This document shows positions 26,613-29,690 of a DNA stretch of 29,690 nt, in pieces. The notes beneath the pieces were generated by a model, which did no database searches, was not told the DNA's origin, and saw only the letters and a program-made list of their open reading frames with translations. The first letter of the stretch is position 1. The number at the start of each line of letters is the position of its first letter. This DNA is from an uncultured bacterium (GTDB taxonomy: Bacteria > Schekmanbacteria > GWA2-38-11 > J061). Made by a program: the position numbers and the translations under genes. Location: assembly GCA_964549305.1 (NCBI GenBank), contig CAZJVM010000033.1:1-29690 (forward strand), written 5' to 3'.

Positions 26613-27775
26613 TATAGGATACCTTTTCTCACCAATGCGCCATCATAAAGGCGGGATTTGTTGGAAACTATAATTTCATCTGTGCCGGCTATTCCCTTTG
26701 TAGCCTGAATAAAGTTTCCTTCCGCGATGCCTGTTTCCAATTCCTTTTCAACGGCTTTGTTGCCGTTTATTAAAAAAACAAATTGTTTATTTCCCTTTTT
26801 AAATACGGCATCTCTCGGAATCATCAGAGCATTCTTTATCGTTTCAAGCTGAACCCTTACTTCCACGAAAAGCCCTGACATAAGCTCCATATTAGCGTTA
26901 TCTATCTGCAATATGGCAACGGAAGACCTTGTTTTCTGGTCAACGGCAGGGGAAACTCTGGTTATCTCTCCTTTGAAAATCTTGTCAGCCATTGAAGGAA
27001 CTTCAATTTCTCCACTCTGCCCTACCTTAAGGAAAGGAGAAAATTTCGCCGGAACCTTTACGAGGACTTTGACTTTTTTCAGGTTTTCAATCGTAAAAAG
27101 GGCTTTGGAATTATTTCCTCCTGATGAATATACCATTGTGCCTATATCCACGTTCTGTCTTGTTACGATTCCGTCAATGGGCGATCTTATCCAACAGTCG
27201 GCAAGGTCTTTTTTTGCAATATCAAGTTTTGCCTTTTTCTCGTCATTTGCCTGCGCCTCGGAAAGCTTTACCGTTGAAAGGGCGCTTAAATACTGCCCTT
27301 TCTCTTTTCTGTATTCTTCATCTGACATCATACCGTTATTATGGAGTGTATCGGCGCTTTCATATTCCGCTTTCTCCCTCTCGAGTGTGCCCCGTGCTTT
27401 TTCAAGGTCGGCAAGGGCAACCTTGAGTACCGCTTCTGCCTCTCTGACTTTTAATTCCTTATCTCTATGCTCGATTACCGCAATCACATCACCCTTTGAT
27501 ATGACATCCCCTATACCGACTTTTATATGCTCGATACGCCCGGTAACCTTTGAAACTATTTCAACACCAACATTGGGATATATGTCTCCCGTCATTGTAA
27601 TCATATTGTTCACATCGCGCGTTTCCACTGTCTTTATCGTTACCGGAACGCCTTCGCCCACAAGAGATTCCTTTTCCCCGGACCCGTTGCTCACGGCAAT
27701 GAAGACTCTGTAGCCCACAAACAGAAAAACTACGGAAATTATTAATGCCAACACCTTCTTTTTTTTAGGAGTCAT
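26612..27775 (-). CDS. RND periplasmic adaptor (membrane fusion protein)
   Basis: N-terminal TM; SKVTGRI, V.IGD.I.KGD.IA, helical hairpin, IRSPIDGIV and LMSGLFV motifs. Confidence 0.93.
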   Translation of the reverse strand: MTPKKKKVLALIISVVFLFVGYRVFIAVSNGSGEKESLVGEGVPVTIKTVETRDVNNMITMTGDIYPNVGVEIVSKVTGRIEHIKVGIGDVISKGDVIAVIEHRDKELKVREAEAVLKVALADLEKARGTLEREKAEYESADTLHNNGMMSDEEYRKEKGQYLSALSTVKLSEAQANDEKKAKLDIAKKDLADCWIRSPIDGIVTRQNVDIGTMVYSSGGNNSKALFTIENLKKVKVLVKVPAKFSPFLKVGQSGEIEVPSMADKIFKGEITRVSPAVDQKTRSSVAILQIDNANMELMSGLFVEVRVQLETIKNALMIPRDAVFKKGNKQFVFLINGNKAVEKELETGIAEGNFIQATKGIAGTDEIIVSNKSRLYDGALVRKGIL

Positions 27776-27794
27776 CTATTTATACCTTATAAAT

Positions 27795-28262
27795 TTAACT
27801 TATATTGTCCTGAGACTTTATTCTTGAACTGATTCTTTCAAAAAGCTCTATGAGAGAGATCTGGTCACTCTCTGTAAGAAGTCCCAAAAAGCTTTCGATT
27901 CTTTCCCTTCTTATCTTCCATAACTTTGATACCATTGCCGAACCGCTTTTTGTAAGGCCTACTTTAACCAATCTTCTGTCAGATTCATCCCTGAATCGGT
28001 CAACGTAACCTTCTCTTACCAGTCTGTCCGTAATTCCCGTAATGGTGCTCATATGAAGCCCCATCCACGATTTCAATTCCGACATTGTGCTTGAGGGATT
28101 TCTTCTCAGGTAAAGCATAACCATAAATTGTGCTTCCGTTACCCTTGAATCTGAGAATCGGTATCTTGTCTTCACCCGTGAAACATTATAAAATTCCCAG
28201 AAAGCTTTTTCAAACCGCTCGGCCTTTACAGAAACTCCGTTATTTTTAACCTTCTCATTCAT
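27795..28262 (-). CDS. MarR-family transcriptional regulator
   Basis: VTEAQF..M..L, TMSEL, STITGITDRLV..GYV.R...ESDRR...V.LT..G; first gene of the efflux operon. Confidence 0.93.
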   Translation of the reverse strand: MNEKVKNNGVSVKAERFEKAFWEFYNVSRVKTRYRFSDSRVTEAQFMVMLYLRRNPSSTMSELKSWMGLHMSTITGITDRLVREGYVDRFRDESDRRLVKVGLTKSGSAMVSKLWKIRRERIESFLGLLTESDQISLIELFERISSRIKSQDNIS

Positions 28263-28563
28263 AAGCGTACTTTTATAAACACATTAACAGCAATAATTCG
28301 TAACACAGAAATTATACATTAGAAATATTTTGTCAAGCAAAATATCATTAACAGCAAACAACTCTCTTCCCGCTACTCATTAAATCAGCTTGCTGCATTT
28401 ACTCTATAGCAAAAACCTTTGAGTATCCGCCTGCATTATCGGCTATATATAGATGTAACCGGAAAAGCGGATGGTATTGAAATTGTATCCCCCTCATCCC
28501 TGTTCAAAACAGATTTTTATATAACTTATCTTTAACAGATTCCCCGACAAAGAATATTCCTGA

Positions 28564-28630
28564 ACCACGTAAGACAATGCCTACACTGACAAAAGAAGAA
28601 TAATTCAGTGTGTTCCGTGTATTCCGTGGT
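28564..28630. repeat. Degenerate inverted-repeat element with 9-bp tandem units
   Basis: TTCAGTGTG-TTCCGTGTA-TTCCGTGGT (28604-28630). ACCACG(28564) pairs with CGTGGT(28625), and ACACTGA(28583) pairs with TCAGTGT(28605). Confidence 0.55.
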
Positions 28631-28710
28631 AAGAAATTAAAATCAAAAATTCAAGCTTTCTAAAAATCCGCTTTTAATATCCGGGGCAACAGTGTATTTC
28701 CTTTAAATGC

Positions 28711-28765
28711 AAAAAAATTGCTTTTCCGATTGATTTAACTTCTTCCAATCATCGGAAAAGCAATT
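28711..28765 (-). terminator. Long hairpin / probable terminator after the exbD pair
   Basis: AATTGCTTTTCCGAT...ATCGGAAAAGCAATT is a perfect 15-bp inverted repeat with a further GATT/AATC pair. It is followed by a T-run on the - strand. Confidence 0.7.
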
Positions 28766-28787
28766 AAAGGTATCTTTAGAAAAATTA

Positions 28788-29198
28788 TTATTTGCCCGTA
28801 ATAATAGCTATTGTCTTTGCTCCCGACCCCTTGCATATATCGATAATATCTACGATGCTTCCGTATATGAGAGACCCTGCCGCTTTGACAAAAACCGTTT
28901 TATTGTCTCTGCCTGCCAGTTCTTCTCTGACCTTGTCAGAGAGTTCGGCTTTTGCCACAGGTTCGGAATTGATATCTATTGATGAATCTTCCCTTATGCT
29001 TACTACGAGATTTTTTGATTCCTTTTTCTCTTCCGCCTGCTTTTTTGGCGGTGTTTTTTCAGGCAGTTTAATATCCAGCCCTTTTTGCGACAACGGTATA
29101 ATAACCATAAAAATAACAAGGAGAACAAGAACGACATCAATCAAAGGAACAACATTAATTTCATTCCTTATTCCCTTGCCGCCTACTTCCATTCCCAT
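28788..29198 (-). CDS. ExbD/TolR-family biopolymer transport protein
   Basis: EINVVPLIDVVLVLLVIFMV TM segment with the essential Asp. Confidence 0.93.
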   Translation of the reverse strand: MGMEVGGKGIRNEINVVPLIDVVLVLLVIFMVIIPLSQKGLDIKLPEKTPPKKQAEEKKESKNLVVSIREDSSIDINSEPVAKAELSDKVREELAGRDNKTVFVKAAGSLIYGSIVDIIDICKGSGAKTIAIITGK

Positions 29199-29245
29199 TT
29201 CGCGAATCCTCCGTTACACTGCTTATAAAAGAATCGGAAAAGATT

Positions 29246-29656
29246 TTATTCTTCTCCCGCTTTCTCTGTCATCAAACCAACTTCTTTTACACCCGCTTTC
29301 GAGCAGATGTTCATAATTTCCATTATCTTGTCGAACGTCAGTGTTTCGTCCGCCTTGATGTGCATTGTCTTGTCTTCCCTGTTTTCAAATATGGACGTAA
29401 GCTTGTCTTCAAGTCTTGTTTTCGGTACGCGGTCCATTTCCAGAAACATCTGGCCGTCTCTCTTGATTGTCAATGTTATTTTTACGCCTTCTTTCTTCTG
29501 CGCGTATTCGGCTGTGGGAAGAATAACATCCACGCCCTTTTGAAGCATAGGTGTTACAACCATAAAGATAACAAGAAGAACTAAAACAACATCGATAAGA
29601 GGGACAACATTTATGTCTGATTTAACATTTTTTGTCCCGCCTGCATCCATTCCCAT
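29246..29656 (-). CDS. ExbD/TolR-family biopolymer transport protein
   Basis: DINVVPLIDVVLVLLVIFMVVTPML.KGVDV.LP.A and IKAD motifs. Confidence 0.94.
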   Translation of the reverse strand: MGMDAGGTKNVKSDINVVPLIDVVLVLLVIFMVVTPMLQKGVDVILPTAEYAQKKEGVKITLTIKRDGQMFLEMDRVPKTRLEDKLTSIFENREDKTMHIKADETLTFDKIMEIMNICSKAGVKEVGLMTEKAGEE

Positions 29657-29690
29657 TACTTACTGGCCTCCTTAAGAAGATAATCAATAA
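29656..29690 (-). CDS. C-terminal fragment of a probable MotA/TolQ/ExbB proton-channel protein
   Basis: Reads IDYLLKEASK-stop, with TAATG overlap onto the exbD start. The identity is inferred from gene order; only 11 codons are visible. Confidence 0.55.
   Translation of the reverse strand, partial: IDYLLKEASK

Noticed and set aside
23538-28262. RND operon lacking a TolC gene
   Set aside because: Outer-membrane factors are commonly encoded elsewhere, so this is unremarkable.
28788-29656. Tandem exbD genes as a recent duplication or novel system
   Set aside because: exbB-exbD-exbD arrangements are common, and the two copies diverge outside the TM motif.

Overview
A gene-dense stretch of bacterial chromosome, roughly 40% GC by eye. 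It probably comes from an anaerobic diderm (Desulfobacterota-like or a related candidate lineage); this is an inference from gene content only. In order, it holds: a MacAB-type ABC exporter operon cut by the left edge; a TIM-barrel sugar-phosphate isomerase; a LutB/LutA-fusion lactate dehydrogenase large subunit; rpsU; a MerR / 78-aa helical protein / MBL hydrolase / AmgK-like kinase run; a PIG-L deacetylase; an NCS2 permease; pilT-pilU-yjbQ; a lipoprotein/DsbA operon containing a MenB/BadI-like crotonase; an 883-aa FAD/Fe-S/CCG oxidoreductase; an AOR-fold protein with a small dicluster ferredoxin; dgkA; marR-MFP-RND; and two exbD/tolR genes behind the tail of a probable exbB/tolQ. I saw no CRISPR, tRNA, rRNA, transposase or phage gene. 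The most unusual item is an intact AOR-fold protein that keeps all four [4Fe-4S] cysteines but has lost essentially every tungsten-pterin and catalytic motif. It is paired with an atypical ferredoxin and lies next to a FAD oxidoreductase that lacks the canonical 2-hydroxyacid metal site. Also notable are a candidate MerR-type 19-bp-spacer promoter driving a tiny uncharacterised protein, and intergenic mosaics of palindromic repeats. Family assignments come from motif recognition by eye, not from database searches.
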